The translations under genes and the position numbers were made by a program. From contig NC_087454.1 of the NCBI RefSeq assembly GCF_036321535.1, positions 17,360,001 through 17,424,000 on the forward strand: a stretch of 64,000 nucleotides of DNA, read 5' to 3'. Numbering within the stretch: position 1 is the first letter of the stretch; every line of letters starts with the position of its first letter. The notes under the pieces are model-generated. The model saw nothing but the letters and a program-made list of their open reading frames with translations, ran no database searches and had not been told where the DNA came from. Shown here piece after piece: positions 10,361-22,760 of the stretch. Source of the stretch: Camelus dromedarius. Taxonomy: Eukaryota.

Positions 10361-12706
10361 TGCACGCTGGTGCCCTCCCCGGGCATCCTAGCGCCCCCTG
10401 TGCTCCTCACCCGGACTCAGAGCAGCCGGGGGCCGCTGGGGCCTAGGATCCTGCTTCCCTGCAGCTTTCACACAGGCACCCAGACAGTCCCCCCCAATCT
10501 CCCGCCTCCAGTCGCCTCCTGGAGACGAAAATACCAGGCTGGGAAGGGTCCGGCTCTCTCGCCACTTACCATCAGAGGGTGCTACTTCCCTTTAAAAAAG
10601 CAGGTCTTTGAGTTTCACCTGAAAACTCACCTCTAGGAAGAAATATCAGGGACATTAATTTCCAATCTGCAATAAATGCAAGATTGTCTTGCGTGACTTG
10701 GGAGGGAGAGAGGAAAGCGAGGGGATGTAGGCCTGATCTGCAACTTTGGGATGAGTTCTCATCTATGCTGTTGACTTTACTGGCAATGCTGAAGAGTGAT
10801 GTGTAATTAGGACCTGAGGCGCGGGGGGCGTTTATGTATTTGGAGCAAAGAATTGTAGGAAACAACAGAACTGAACACTGCAATTAACACTCAAGCTGCA
10901 CGTGTGGAAAACGTAGCACGCAAACAATTTCTGTAATTGCAACTTATTTCTACAGCCCAATGCACTTAACGAACTTTCGATGCTTTTTCATCCTCGGGAC
11001 ATATGCCAAGATCAAACCCTAGCGCTGGGTAGACTAAGCTGTTCCCTGACAGGCATTAACAGCGGGGAAGTGGGAGGTGGGGGAGATGGGGGCGGGGGTA
11101 ATTTGATTTAATATGAAAATGAGAGGGAACAGCCCCGGGATAACATTTTAGGGCAATTTCCCTTTAACTTGTTTCTCGAAGTAAAGAACACGTAAAACCA
11201 TTAACAATACTAAAACGACTTCACATTGCGAGTCAGACTAACTACTGAGAGAATAAAATGCCCCCCTGACAACCCTGTTTTGAGTAACATCCCCCAACAA
11301 TTCTCCAAGGGCAATCGCGTAGCGGCCAGGGGAATGAAGCAATGACACGACTATCCCGCGCGCGCGCGATACTGCGGTTTTCAAACAAGTCCGCACTGGC
11401 CTGGGTAACCTGAGCTTCCCGGGTTTCCCTGAAAAAGCTCCTAACTGGCTTTCAGCTAATAATGCAATGGTTCCAGAAACACATTTAATCTATTTTCTCG
11501 ACCACCCTTTCCTGCTTCCCGTTTTCTTGAGAGTTTGTTTCAAAGGGCATTATGTAATTTCTAAGAACTTGGTAGAGAAGAGAAAAACTGGAACTATGCA
11601 TCTTAGTTTGAAGACAGTCAGTTATAACACAGGTATATAATCTTTCTCCGGAGGAAGGTTTCATAAGCGAACATTTTCGGAAAACCATAAACAAGCGTTT
11701 CTTAGAGTAATAAGTGTAGCATCTAATCAAAGAAAGCCTTTAAAAGGGAAATACTATTCTCAGGTACTTCTTGTTTAGATAATGAGCTGTGCCTCCTGTG
11801 TTCTTTGGAATAAACAGGCATCAAACGAAACAGGACAGCTCCATGCAAATGAAGGATGCTAGATCTCCTTTCTTAATGGCTATTCAGTATAATATACTCA
11901 ACCAATCAAATGGTAGCATCTGGGATACCGCCTCTTAGTATGAAAGAGTTATATTAGGCATTTCTTGAAATTGAAATTTCTGTCGAAAGTCTATTAGGCC
12001 TTGGTAAATCCTTCTCTTTACGACCCAAAATCCATTTATTGGGCAGAGTTCAGTACTTGCTCCCTATAGGGCAGTTTATCTAATGAGCTATTGGGCCAGG
12101 CGAGATTCTGTAGCCGGCAATGCATCGGCCAAAGTGTATTCTAAGCTTTTAGTAAATTTTAGAAAACTCTTTTTAAGTGTAAAAGTCAGAGTGTAAACAC
12201 TTAACAAAAAGGTGTATTTAAGACTGCACAGACTTCAAATAAGTTTCTCACTTAAACCTTTACAAAGGAATTTCTTGTAAAATGGTTTAGGAAATTTCTA
12301 ACCCCGTAGCGGGTTTAGACGAGAGAAAGTGAAAGTAAAGTATTGGGGCACTATCCCATCATTTCCTCCCAGGAACTAAGTAAATGTACAGAAAGTTACA
12401 GAACTACCGTACCAAATAACTTAATGTCTTTTTTTTTTTTTTTTTTGAAAACTTAACGGTCAAAGTATTACATTCAGATGAAAATCGTATGTGGAAAAGA
12501 ACAAGTTAAAATTTGAAGAGCCAAGGATAGAACATAGTACCCAATGAAACTGCACGGTTGTTGGACGGTTTAAAGATAGACCAATCAGAGCCTGGACGTA
12601 ATAGTTAAACATTTTTGTCATCCAATCACTACACCTTCGGTACTATAAATACTAGCAATGATACCGGGCGACATATTTGTGCAAGTGTTTCGTATATTAC
12701 TTTTAA

Positions 12707-13129
<423 letters not shown>

Positions 13130-13164
13130 TTACACTACCGTTTTTCTTTGAAATCTCAACCAAA

Positions 13165-13180
13165 GGCTCTTTTCAGAGCC
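13165..13180 (+). terminator. Histone 3' stem-loop of H3C1
   Basis: GGCTCTTTTCAGAGCC followed by ACCCA. Confidence 0.95.
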
Positions 13181-13891
13181 ACCCACATTTTCAAGTAAAG
13201 TGGCTGTAAGAAACTAGTTTTATCAACTCGTAAGTGGTTTAGTATCACTATCTGTTGGAAGTGAACGGATATAGCTCAACACTCCTAGGTCATGGGTACT
13301 TTTGGTTTGAATACCCCTGCATATGCGAACAAACCGGCCTTTTACAATGTTAAATATTGCTGTTCTTTTATGCACTAACAACCAGTTTCAGAGGCACGGG
13401 AAAGAATTGGCATTTGCCCTGAACATTTTAAAAACATGGATTTTGAGCATTAGTTGCAAAACATAAACAGGGATAGTATAGGGCTTTATTAAAACAATTG
13501 GATATGGGTAAAAAGCAAAACAGCTTTGAAAATGCTGATTTGTCATTAAGTATAAACAAATTTGCATTTCTTTGATCTTGATATTTTTGCGATTAACAAA
13601 ACTTAGCGTGAAAGTTTGCCCTTTTAAATATTCTACTTAGAGTATTTTTGAAATCATAAAATGTTTCCTCTAAGCCTAGTTCCTCCAAGTACTGTAGTTA
13701 CAAAGACGTGGCTCAGTTGAGGATCAAAGACTAACAGTCAAAGCGGGCTCTGCCGGCTCGCCACGCCCTCCGCGAGTTCCCGGGGCTTGGAGGAGGGGTT
13801 AAGGGAGGGCACTGTTGGCGTCACATTTCCCGCCTGCCTGCGCGCTTTCCCTTCTCTATATGGGGGAGGGGGGAACGGGGTAGTTATATAA

Positions 13892-14254
<363 letters not shown>

Positions 14255-14295
14255 GCATTGATTTCGCCATCCGGACCCTGCATTTCACAACCAAA

Positions 14296-14311
14296 GGCCC
14301 TTTTCAGGGCC
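14296..14311 (+). terminator. Histone 3' stem-loop of H4C1
   Basis: GGCCCTTTTCAGGGCC followed by ACCCA; AAAGCTG downstream element. Confidence 0.95.
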
Positions 14312-16169
14312 ACCCAACTACTCAAAAAAGAAAGCTGTAGTCACTAGTCAAGACGCAGGAGTCTGCAGTTAAATACTGTAGTTAAAATGAACGGTATTAA
14401 GACATCTGTGAATCAGGACTGTAGGAATCAGGTAAAGTTCGGTCCGATATCTGTACCAACGTAGCTCCCTCGTTTCCACACTCCTGCCCAATCCTCTGGA
14501 TCCGTGTAGGGGGAATACTCATAAAAGTGAAAACCCCCCCGTGGCGAGAAACTTGAATCCGTTTCCTTGAACAAAGAGAAACACTACCCAATCAGCAAGC
14601 CCCATCCGTGGCTGTCAACCAATCAGAACTGATGATCTCATGTTCCGGAGGCGACCCATATTGGGGGGATGGGAAAGCCGGCGAGAAACGCCAAAGCCCA
14701 GGTTTAAATAATTCTTTTAAACTCGTCTTTTTACGGATTATAGACTCTGAGACATCTGTATGGCTCTCAGTCATGTCCTGAGAACAGTAGTTACATTACC
14801 GCCACTAAAAGGGTGATTTGTCTCGATTGAAAAATCCGAAATGTTGGGCAGAAGAAACCAGATTCAAGCTGCCAGAAAACCCAAGGCATTTAATTCGGGC
14901 AAATTTCAATTAATTAGGGGGAATTTAAAATCTAGTTTATGGGGAAAACGCGCTTCCCTTTCGGCAACAATACAGCCTTCAGCAGTTATCCATACTTTTT
15001 TCCTTCCTTCATAGAGGAGTGAAAATTAGGGTGATGGAAATGTTCTAAAATAGACTCTAGTGATTGTTCAACTAATATACTAGAATTCATTGATTTGTAT
15101 ACTTAAAGTGGGTGAATTTTATGGTATATAAATTATATCGCCATCCCCCCCCCCCCCCCCCCGGGTGTCAGGAGAATAAGTTTGTAGAGAAGGCACTGAG
15201 GCACTGTTGGTCTGTGATGAGGTGCTTCTGCCTCCTTGGTCTAGTCAATCATTGTTGCCACACAAGGTTTTTAAGTTATGATGTCCCTAGTCCAATAGTG
15301 CGTTCCAGTAGTATACCAGACTTAAAAACTCAGCTGGAGAAGGGACATGAATTCATTTGAAGTTGGCTAATAGGGAAACAGCTTATTCTCATCTAAAAAG
15401 ATACTCACAAATGTCTCTGCCATTGGGTTCTTTTTGGTATTTTTATAGAGGGCTGGTTTCAGCTTCAGTATTTTAGTTTCAGCTAGTATTTCTCAAAGAT
15501 TTTGGGGTCCCATTTCCCACCTGGTAACTGTCCTCCAAGATATCTTGGGGAATGATAAAAGTACCTAGCCTGGCTTAATTTAAACCGACAATGGGGAGAG
15601 TTCAGAGCGGCATCCGGGATGACAGAGGAGCAAAAAATGGGCCTGGCTGAGGGAGTGGTCACTTTGTTTTCCTGAGCTGGTGTCCTTCAGGAGATATGTA
15701 TTGATTTCATATAATGTGCCAGATACTGTTGTAGGCATCAGTAAGCAAATTAGAATTTCCTGTCCTCCACTCACAGCATGTGTGTTGAGGTGTGTGAATA
15801 CAGATTTCCTACACTGGAGGAACTTGTGTTTGCTGCATAAATCAGCCTCCGCTATTGGACTGTCTTTTTTAGTTCATAGCCTTGTCTATAGTATGCTCAT
15901 TTTACTCATACCCACCAGCACCCTGAGTGAAAATCTGTGAGCCTTCCTCAGTTTTAACACATGAACTCATCTAGAACATATATAATGCTGCTTGATTTTC
16001 TACTTCTGCTTCATTCCTTAGACCTAGAGAAAATCTGTCATGCTGATTAAGGCAATAGCAGGTTAAGGAATCCTAGATGGAAAGTCAATCATGGTAGCAT
16101 TCTTGTGGGCCTGGGGTGGGAGAGGCCTGGGCACTTGTGTAGAATATTCATGCATGCATTTATTCAACT

Positions 16170-16353
16170 CTGCCATGTGAGGACACAGTGAGAAGGCAGC
16201 AATTTATGAAGCAGTAATTGGATCCTCATCAGACACAGGATCTGTCTGAATCTGTCCAGCACCTTGATCTCAGATTTAAATCTCTAGAACTGTGGTTTGT
16301 TGTTCAAGCCACACAGTCTATGGTATTTTTGTTATAGAAGCCTGAAATAAGAC
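16170..16353 (+). mobile_element. MaLR (MLT1-type) LTR 3' part
   Basis: GCCATGTGAGGACACAGTGAGAAGGC...AAGCCACACAGTCTATGGTATT...TAAGACA. Confidence 0.8.
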
Positions 16354-17728
16354 ATATTTTATGGATATAGAAAATAATTTATCCCATCCTTCTGATGACA
16401 ATTTACATTGTTTCCAGTTGTTTACTCTTACACTGTGCTTCAAGAAACTGTTCTTAGTGATCTCAACCACTTTCACCATTTATATGCTGATTATTCCCAA
16501 AATTTTACCTTCCCTTCAGACCTTTCACCTGAATTCAATAATCTTCCTTTCCCAACTGCCTAGTCAATATTCCCTCCAATGTCAAGAGACAGATGTCAGC
16601 AGAGTAACCAGGCAGCAAAGTGTTTCTTAGAGCAGTCATCAATACATTTCTCAAACCTTAAATCAATGATGCTGATTATTCGGTTGGCTGGCTTATCAAT
16701 TTAAGGATATACTTTAAAAAACTTGTTACAACCATATTGTTTGAAAATTTCATTAACCCCCCCCCCCCCAAAAAAAAACAATTAACAGCAGAAGAAAGGA
16801 GCGATTAGGTGGAAAGAGGGGTAAGGTACCAGGGAGCCTTCTGAGAGCCATTTTACCGCAAAGGAGGGAGCTTCTCCCTTACAACCTCAAAGGCCTAGGG
16901 GTTCAGAACAGACTCCCTTAGTCAGTAAAAGGGAATTTACAAATTCTGCTTCGCCAGAAGCTTAGGGAGGGGACCTAGCCTAAGGATGAAAATCAGGAAT
17001 GCTGAGGCAGTTTTAAAACCAAGATCTTAGGCTTTGGTGGGGGTGACTACTCTCAGCATGATGCCTGACTCAGACTCAGGAGGTACTGGCCTAGAAGGTC
17101 TGGGGCCAGGACCCAGTGGAGGACGACGAGTTTGGGGAGCTGGGGAGCGGGAGAGGTCAAAGAGATCTTTCCTGACAATGCTCAGGGCAAGCACACTAGG
17201 AATGAACACCCAGCATTTTCTGTTAACGTATTCTAATTGATCTGGCTTCCTGTGAACTGCCAGAAGCACCGTCGCAGGCCCTGCTAGTTTGTACAAATAC
17301 TCAATGAATCTTCCTAGGATTAAAAACGCGCTCGGCGGCGATTCAGCTCAACTCCAGCCTTCCAGGAAATTGCCGAGAGAAACTACCTCCTCCCAGAAAC
17401 CATAACCTGTAGCTTTTAGGCGATGTGGGGCAACGTACCCCTCCCAAATATTGAGAGCCAGGAATTCCAAACTACACGTTTTTCAGAGAATCCCAGAGGC
17501 CTCCCCAGCTAGCGTCCCTTAGTCCAGCCTTAGCCCCACCCACAAGCAAGTCCTTGCTGCCCGATTGGCTGAAGGTACCACCACTCCTAGCTGACAGCAA
17601 AAGATTGGCTTAGAAGCGTTGTGAGAGCGAGCTGCTTGGTCTATATAAAAGGTTAAGAACACTCGTTCCACCAGTGTTAACCGTTAACCGCTCAACTCAC
17701 GTACAGCTCTTTCTGGGAGAAAGTGGGC

Positions 17729-17744
17729 GGCCCTAAAAAGGGCC
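17729..17744 (-). terminator. Histone 3' stem-loop of H4C2
   Basis: GGCCCTTTTTAGGGCC on minus; AGAAAGAGCTGT downstream element at 17703-17714. Confidence 0.95.
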
Positions 17745-17777
17745 TTTGGAAAGAAAAAAAAGTATTAAAATGAGATT

Positions 17778-18095
<318 letters not shown>

Positions 18096-18153
18096 CTAAG
18101 CCGCTCTATACGTGCACTACTCAGTAGTGAGTCTGCTGGTTGGCCAAGAGTAA

Positions 18154-18190
18154 TTATAAGCTGCAATCGGACCTCATTGAGAACTGAAAG
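18154..18190 (-). promoter_or_regulatory. H4 site II-type cell-cycle element plus TATA of H4C2
   Basis: CTTTCAGTTCTCAATGAGGTCCGAT...CTTATAA on minus; GGTCCGAT (HiNF-P-type core) at 18166-18173. Confidence 0.8.
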
Positions 18191-18421
18191 TTCAGGCGGG
18201 AGAAGCAGCACTGCGACCGCCTCCTCGGCTCCTCCCCTCTCCGGGTAGTGATCCAATGACTACGTGGGAGAGAGAACATAGTAAATAGGTTCACTTTTAA
18301 ACTCTGGATTGTTTTGCTCCCTTGGCTCTTTGCATCTGAAGCTATATCTGCCACTGATAATTTTAATAGAGGTTTTTATATTATGAAAAATACTGTACTT
18401 TCTCATTCAGGAGGGAGTGAT

Positions 18422-18925
18422 TGTTACTTGTGAAGCGTAGCTGAATATGACATCCCCCATATGTTTCTTTGGCCTAAGGACTATTTTTGAGATGATTGAT
18501 TTTTTTCTCTAAAAGTAGATACAAAAACATTTCTAAGAATAGAACTTACCTTTTTGCAAGGCACATTTACATTTATAAAGGAAATCTCAATTTATGTCTC
18601 CTTCTCTGTATCAGGAAATATGAGTGGAAATCACCAGAGAATCTCATCAATGAGAAGGAACTGGACTTAATTCTGTATAACATTATCTTTGTTCCTTTTC
18701 TTGGTAACTGGCTCTCTCCCACTTCTTTTGTCGTTAAGCTTAAGATGGTATTTAAGGTGGTAACTTGTGCCAATTTGAGGAATTTTGCTGTTTTTTTCTG
18801 GATCTCTCTCATGCATATGAGGTATCCATATTACTAAATAAACTTTCATTTTTCTCTTGTTAATCTGCCTTCTTAAGAACTTGGAAGGGTAGAAGGAAAA
18901 TTATTGTCCCTCAATTATACCTACA
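18422..18925 (+). mobile_element. ERV1 solo LTR, MER34/MER39-like
   Basis: TG...CA ends; 3' end AATAAA...TTTTCTCTTGTTAATCTG...GAAGGGTAGAAGGAAAA...CTACA typical of this group. Confidence 0.7.
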
Positions 18926-18940
18926 GTATGCCGATTATTT

Positions 18941-20184
18941 TGTGCTCTAGCAGAATAGCAGCAAATGCAGAGAGGCTTTTCTGTGAACTCCCATTATCTG
19001 CCTAAAGACAACCTCCAAAAGGAACTCAGTTGTCATAAATCCCTTCCCAAGAAGTTTCATTAACCAGGGAAGTATGATGCTTATCACAGGAAAGGAGACT
19101 AAAAGTTGACACCACACCCAGACATCCCTTGTCACAAAACTATTGTCTACAAAAACTGTCAAGCTAAAATAGGGAATTTTATTTGAGCCAACCTGAGGGT
19201 TATAACCCAGAAGACAGCCCTTCAGGAAGCTCTGAGGACTGTTCTGCTTGTTAGAAGTCAAAGCAGTTATAAAAGTTTTTGAGACAGAGTTATATGTCAA
19301 AGTTACATATTGACAGTCTACATAATCCAGATCCGCAGGTACAAGGCAAGCGGTGGGGTCATTAAGACCCTTTTCAGGATTGAGGAAAATGTTTTCTCCT
19401 AAGGTGTTAACCTTGCTGGCACCAGAAGAAAACTGCTCTTTTCAGTCAAAGAGGCATTCCTGTGTCTTCCTAGGATGTCTGGTCAATGTGTAATGTACAT
19501 GCACAATGCACTCTAAAGAGGGGTGGTGGCCCCAAACGGGCAAAGAATTTTAGGCTTAAAATTTTTCTTGTCCTCAAATTAACTACTTATTATTTATACC
19601 TTAGATGATTAATTTCTTGAATGTGTAAGCACATTTGACTGTCCTTTATGATTACCGTGTTCTGTTGATTCTCATTTTGTTGTTGGCTTTCTTCCTTTGA
19701 TAACTATGTAAGTTTAACAAGCTAATTCTCTATTCTTAGAAACAATGAACAGTACATATGTGTAAAGTTAAAAATATGTGCAGTATATTGTATGTGTATT
19801 TACATGCAGTATTGTATATGTGCAGTCAAATTGTAACAATTCTACCTAATAAAACTGAAAAATGAAAAATTTTGTCCTGCCTTAAACATAATTTTATCAC
19901 TATCATACCTCTCCCATCCTTAGAAGGGCTCGTTCACCTTTCCTGAAAATCTTTTATTCTCCTGTAAGAGGCCTATATACCCCCTGCCCTTTCCCTATTA
20001 AGATGGTATTTAAGTCTGAATTTTAGGACACCCCAAGGAGTTAGTCATTTTTCCTTGGGTATCTCACATGTATACATGAGATATACATGTTATTTCTGGT
20101 TTTCTCTTGTTAATCTGTCTTATTTCAGGAGTCTCAGCTAAGAACTCAGAAGGGTAGAGGGAAAATTTATTTTTCCTCTGCTAT
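18941..20184 (+). mobile_element. Second MER34/MER39-like LTR, split by a nested insertion at 19144-19899
   Basis: Same 3' signature (TTTTCTCTTGTTAATCTGTC...GAAGGGTAGAGGGAAAA); interrupted at a duplicated CTAT. Confidence 0.65.
19144..19899 (-). mobile_element. Younger ERV1-type solo LTR, itself interrupted at ~19574-19877
   Basis: TG at 19144 and CA at 19898-19899; 4-bp TSD CTAT at 19140-19143 and 19900-19903; orientation inferred from resemblance to artiodactyl LTRs. Confidence 0.7.
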
Positions 20185-22299
20185 GGCTGTGTGACCAACT
20201 GGGTAACAATAATACTGATGGAACTTTTGTGAGGATTTAGTTTAGCTAATGTAAGCAAAGCATTAGAGCAGAGATTGGCACATAGACCTCGTACACAAAC
20301 GTGATGTGTTTTCAACTGGTGTTGTTACTAAAGAGTCTACCTGAACTTGAGATATTGCCCTGAGGACTCATTTTCAGGTTTTTACCTGCAGCACAATATC
20401 AACAAATATGTATGTTAGTGAAGATTAAAACAAAACAACAACAACAAAAAAAACCCCCACAGCACTTGAAGTACAAGGCATTGAAAAATTGTTTTGCTTT
20501 TCATATGTAACATGTAAAACATGGTTGTCCAAATATGTTCCTTTGTGCCTGCATTGACAGTCTCAGGCTTCTGGCTTACCTGCAGCCTACTCTGGAGTGC
20601 AGTTCAAATCTTTATACCAGCTGCCCACTGTTGTGTTAAATCTCCCTAAACCACTCAGTGAGCCATAACTCACTTTGATAGGGAACACTGGAAAGGCTGC
20701 TACTAAATTTTTAAGTCCTGATCTTGACTTCCTCCTTCCTTTCCTTTCACAGTCTCTATAACAAACCAAAATTCATTCCAGCCTTCAACAGCATTAGCTG
20801 TAAACTTCAGCCTGTGGTGTAACATCACTCTGTGGGCCTAAGAAAAACCCTGTTTGAGGATCTTCAGACAGCCATTTAAAAATAGTCTGCACATTAAGAA
20901 CCCTCTTTTGTCTCCAACCCAACCTGTCACCCTGTAACATAAAGTAATAGACGCTTAATGCCATGATATTCAAATGCTGGCACCACCCCCAGTCCAGTGT
21001 TCAGTACATTTTCTTTCACAAGTATGATTTTCTTCCATGCTTTGATTTTAAAATGCCTGAAGTTTTATTTCTAGACTGAGCACAATCGATGCAACTAAAT
21101 AATGTAAAATGAAAAAGAAATTTAGAAGCTAAAGTTTACTTCAAATTTTGAAACAACACTTAGACTAAGAGATGATACACATCTCAGGAAAATAGCACGT
21201 ATATAAAGCTATGTGCACCCAAACCAATGCACATTATTCTAACAACACTATTAAGGAGGGTAGTGTTACCCTCATTTTTCTGATGGAGTAATTGATTTGT
21301 CTAATATAACACATTAAGTGGTAAAGCTGGAATTTGAACCCTGGCAAGTTAGCATCTAAATGCTGTGTGTACAGAGCACGCCACAGAAAGATTAACAAGG
21401 TTATGGATTAAGATGGTGCTAATCTTTTCCTAGACGCTGCACATTTCTTCTGTCAAGGTGCCAAAGTACATGAAAACTTAAAAGCCAAATCCATATTCCT
21501 TGGCTGGGAGGGGAGGGAAAGGAAGCAGCAGCCAGTTCCAGCCACTAAGTACACTGTCTGTTCCTTTGACAAGAATGGGCACTTTTTTTCCCCCCTGAAG
21601 AGATCTGATGAGGCCCTGTAACTAAAACAACCCCCCCCCCAAGATACATAAAATATTAAAGGTCGAACAGTGTTCCATAAAAGCCAGCAGTTATAAACAA
21701 GGAAAGAAAAAAACCAAGGAAGGTAATTGGACTTCAGCAGGGGCCAAGAACTTGGGGGTAGATGGGGCAAAGCAACCTTAGTTTAAGTCAGGAGCATTGG
21801 TGCTTCTGACAGAACCCTTAAATGGGTAAAAATCCGTGCCAGGCAGAATGCCTTATACCAGCCCAGAAAAATAAAATGTTAAAAACTATACACAAGAAAT
21901 ATTCAATGTTCCTCTTAGAAGCAATTACTTTGTAAGCAGAAAGCTTATTGAAACCGTGGAATGCAAATAAACCAACTCACATTGAAGCTTCTGTGTATTG
22001 TTAGTTTTGTTGTCGGGCGAGTCGTTCCAATTATTTTAGCAAGGTTTTGTTAATTCCCATCACAGAGGTAGGCAAATGAACTGTTGAAATAAGGAATGAA
22101 AAGCAAGTCTTTGCATTTGGTGGCTGTCATGATCCTCAGCATCCTGTATTGTTGTAAAGTTAAAGACAGCTTGTAAAATAGTGTGATATAGCAGGATTTA
22201 CCTAACCCCAAGAGTATTTGGGGTGTGGGGTGGAATCCTGCCGTACTCCATTTTTGGTTACTCCCTTAAGGCACAGCTCTTCAAAGTGAAATTGTAGGT

Positions 22300-22315
22300 G
22301 GCTCTGAAAAGAGCC
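22300..22315 (-). terminator. Histone 3' stem-loop of H3C2
   Basis: GGCTCTTTTCAGAGCC on minus. Confidence 0.95.
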
Positions 22316-22349
22316 TTTGGGTTTAACGGTGGCACTCGGTTTTAACGGT

Positions 22350-22760
22350 TTACGCCCTCTCCCCNNNNNNNNNNNNNNNNNNNNNNNNNNNNNNNNNNNN
22401 NNNNNNNNNNNNNNNNNNNNNNNNNNNNNNNNNNNNNNNNNNNNNNNNNNNNNNNNNNNNNNNNNNNNNNNNNNNNNNNNNNNNNNNNNNNNNNNNNNNN
22501 NNNNNNNNNNNNNNNNNNNNNNNNNNNNNNNNNNNNNNNNNNNNNNNNNNNNNNNNNNNNNNNNNNNNNNNNNNNNNNNNNNNNNNNNNNNNNNNNNNNN
22601 NNNNNNNNNNNNNNNNNNNNNNNNNNNNNNNNNNNNNNNNNNNNNNNNNNNNNNNNNNNNNNNNNNNNNNNNNNNNNNNNNNNNNNNNNNNNNNNNNNNN
22701 NNNNNNNNNNNNNNNNNNNNNNNNNNNNNNNNNNNNNNNNNNNNNCTTGGTACGAGCCAT
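22350..22760 (-). CDS. H3C2: Histone H3 (N-masked 22365-22745)
   Basis: MARTK start and GERA-stop end exactly 411 bp apart; H3-type promoter and stem-loop; subtype and integrity of the middle cannot be checked. Confidence 0.82.
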   Translation of the reverse strand: MARTKXXXXXXXXXXXXXXXXXXXXXXXXXXXXXXXXXXXXXXXXXXXXXXXXXXXXXXXXXXXXXXXXXXXXXXXXXXXXXXXXXXXXXXXXXXXXXXXXXXXXXXXXXXXXXXXXXXXXXXXXXXXXXXXGERA

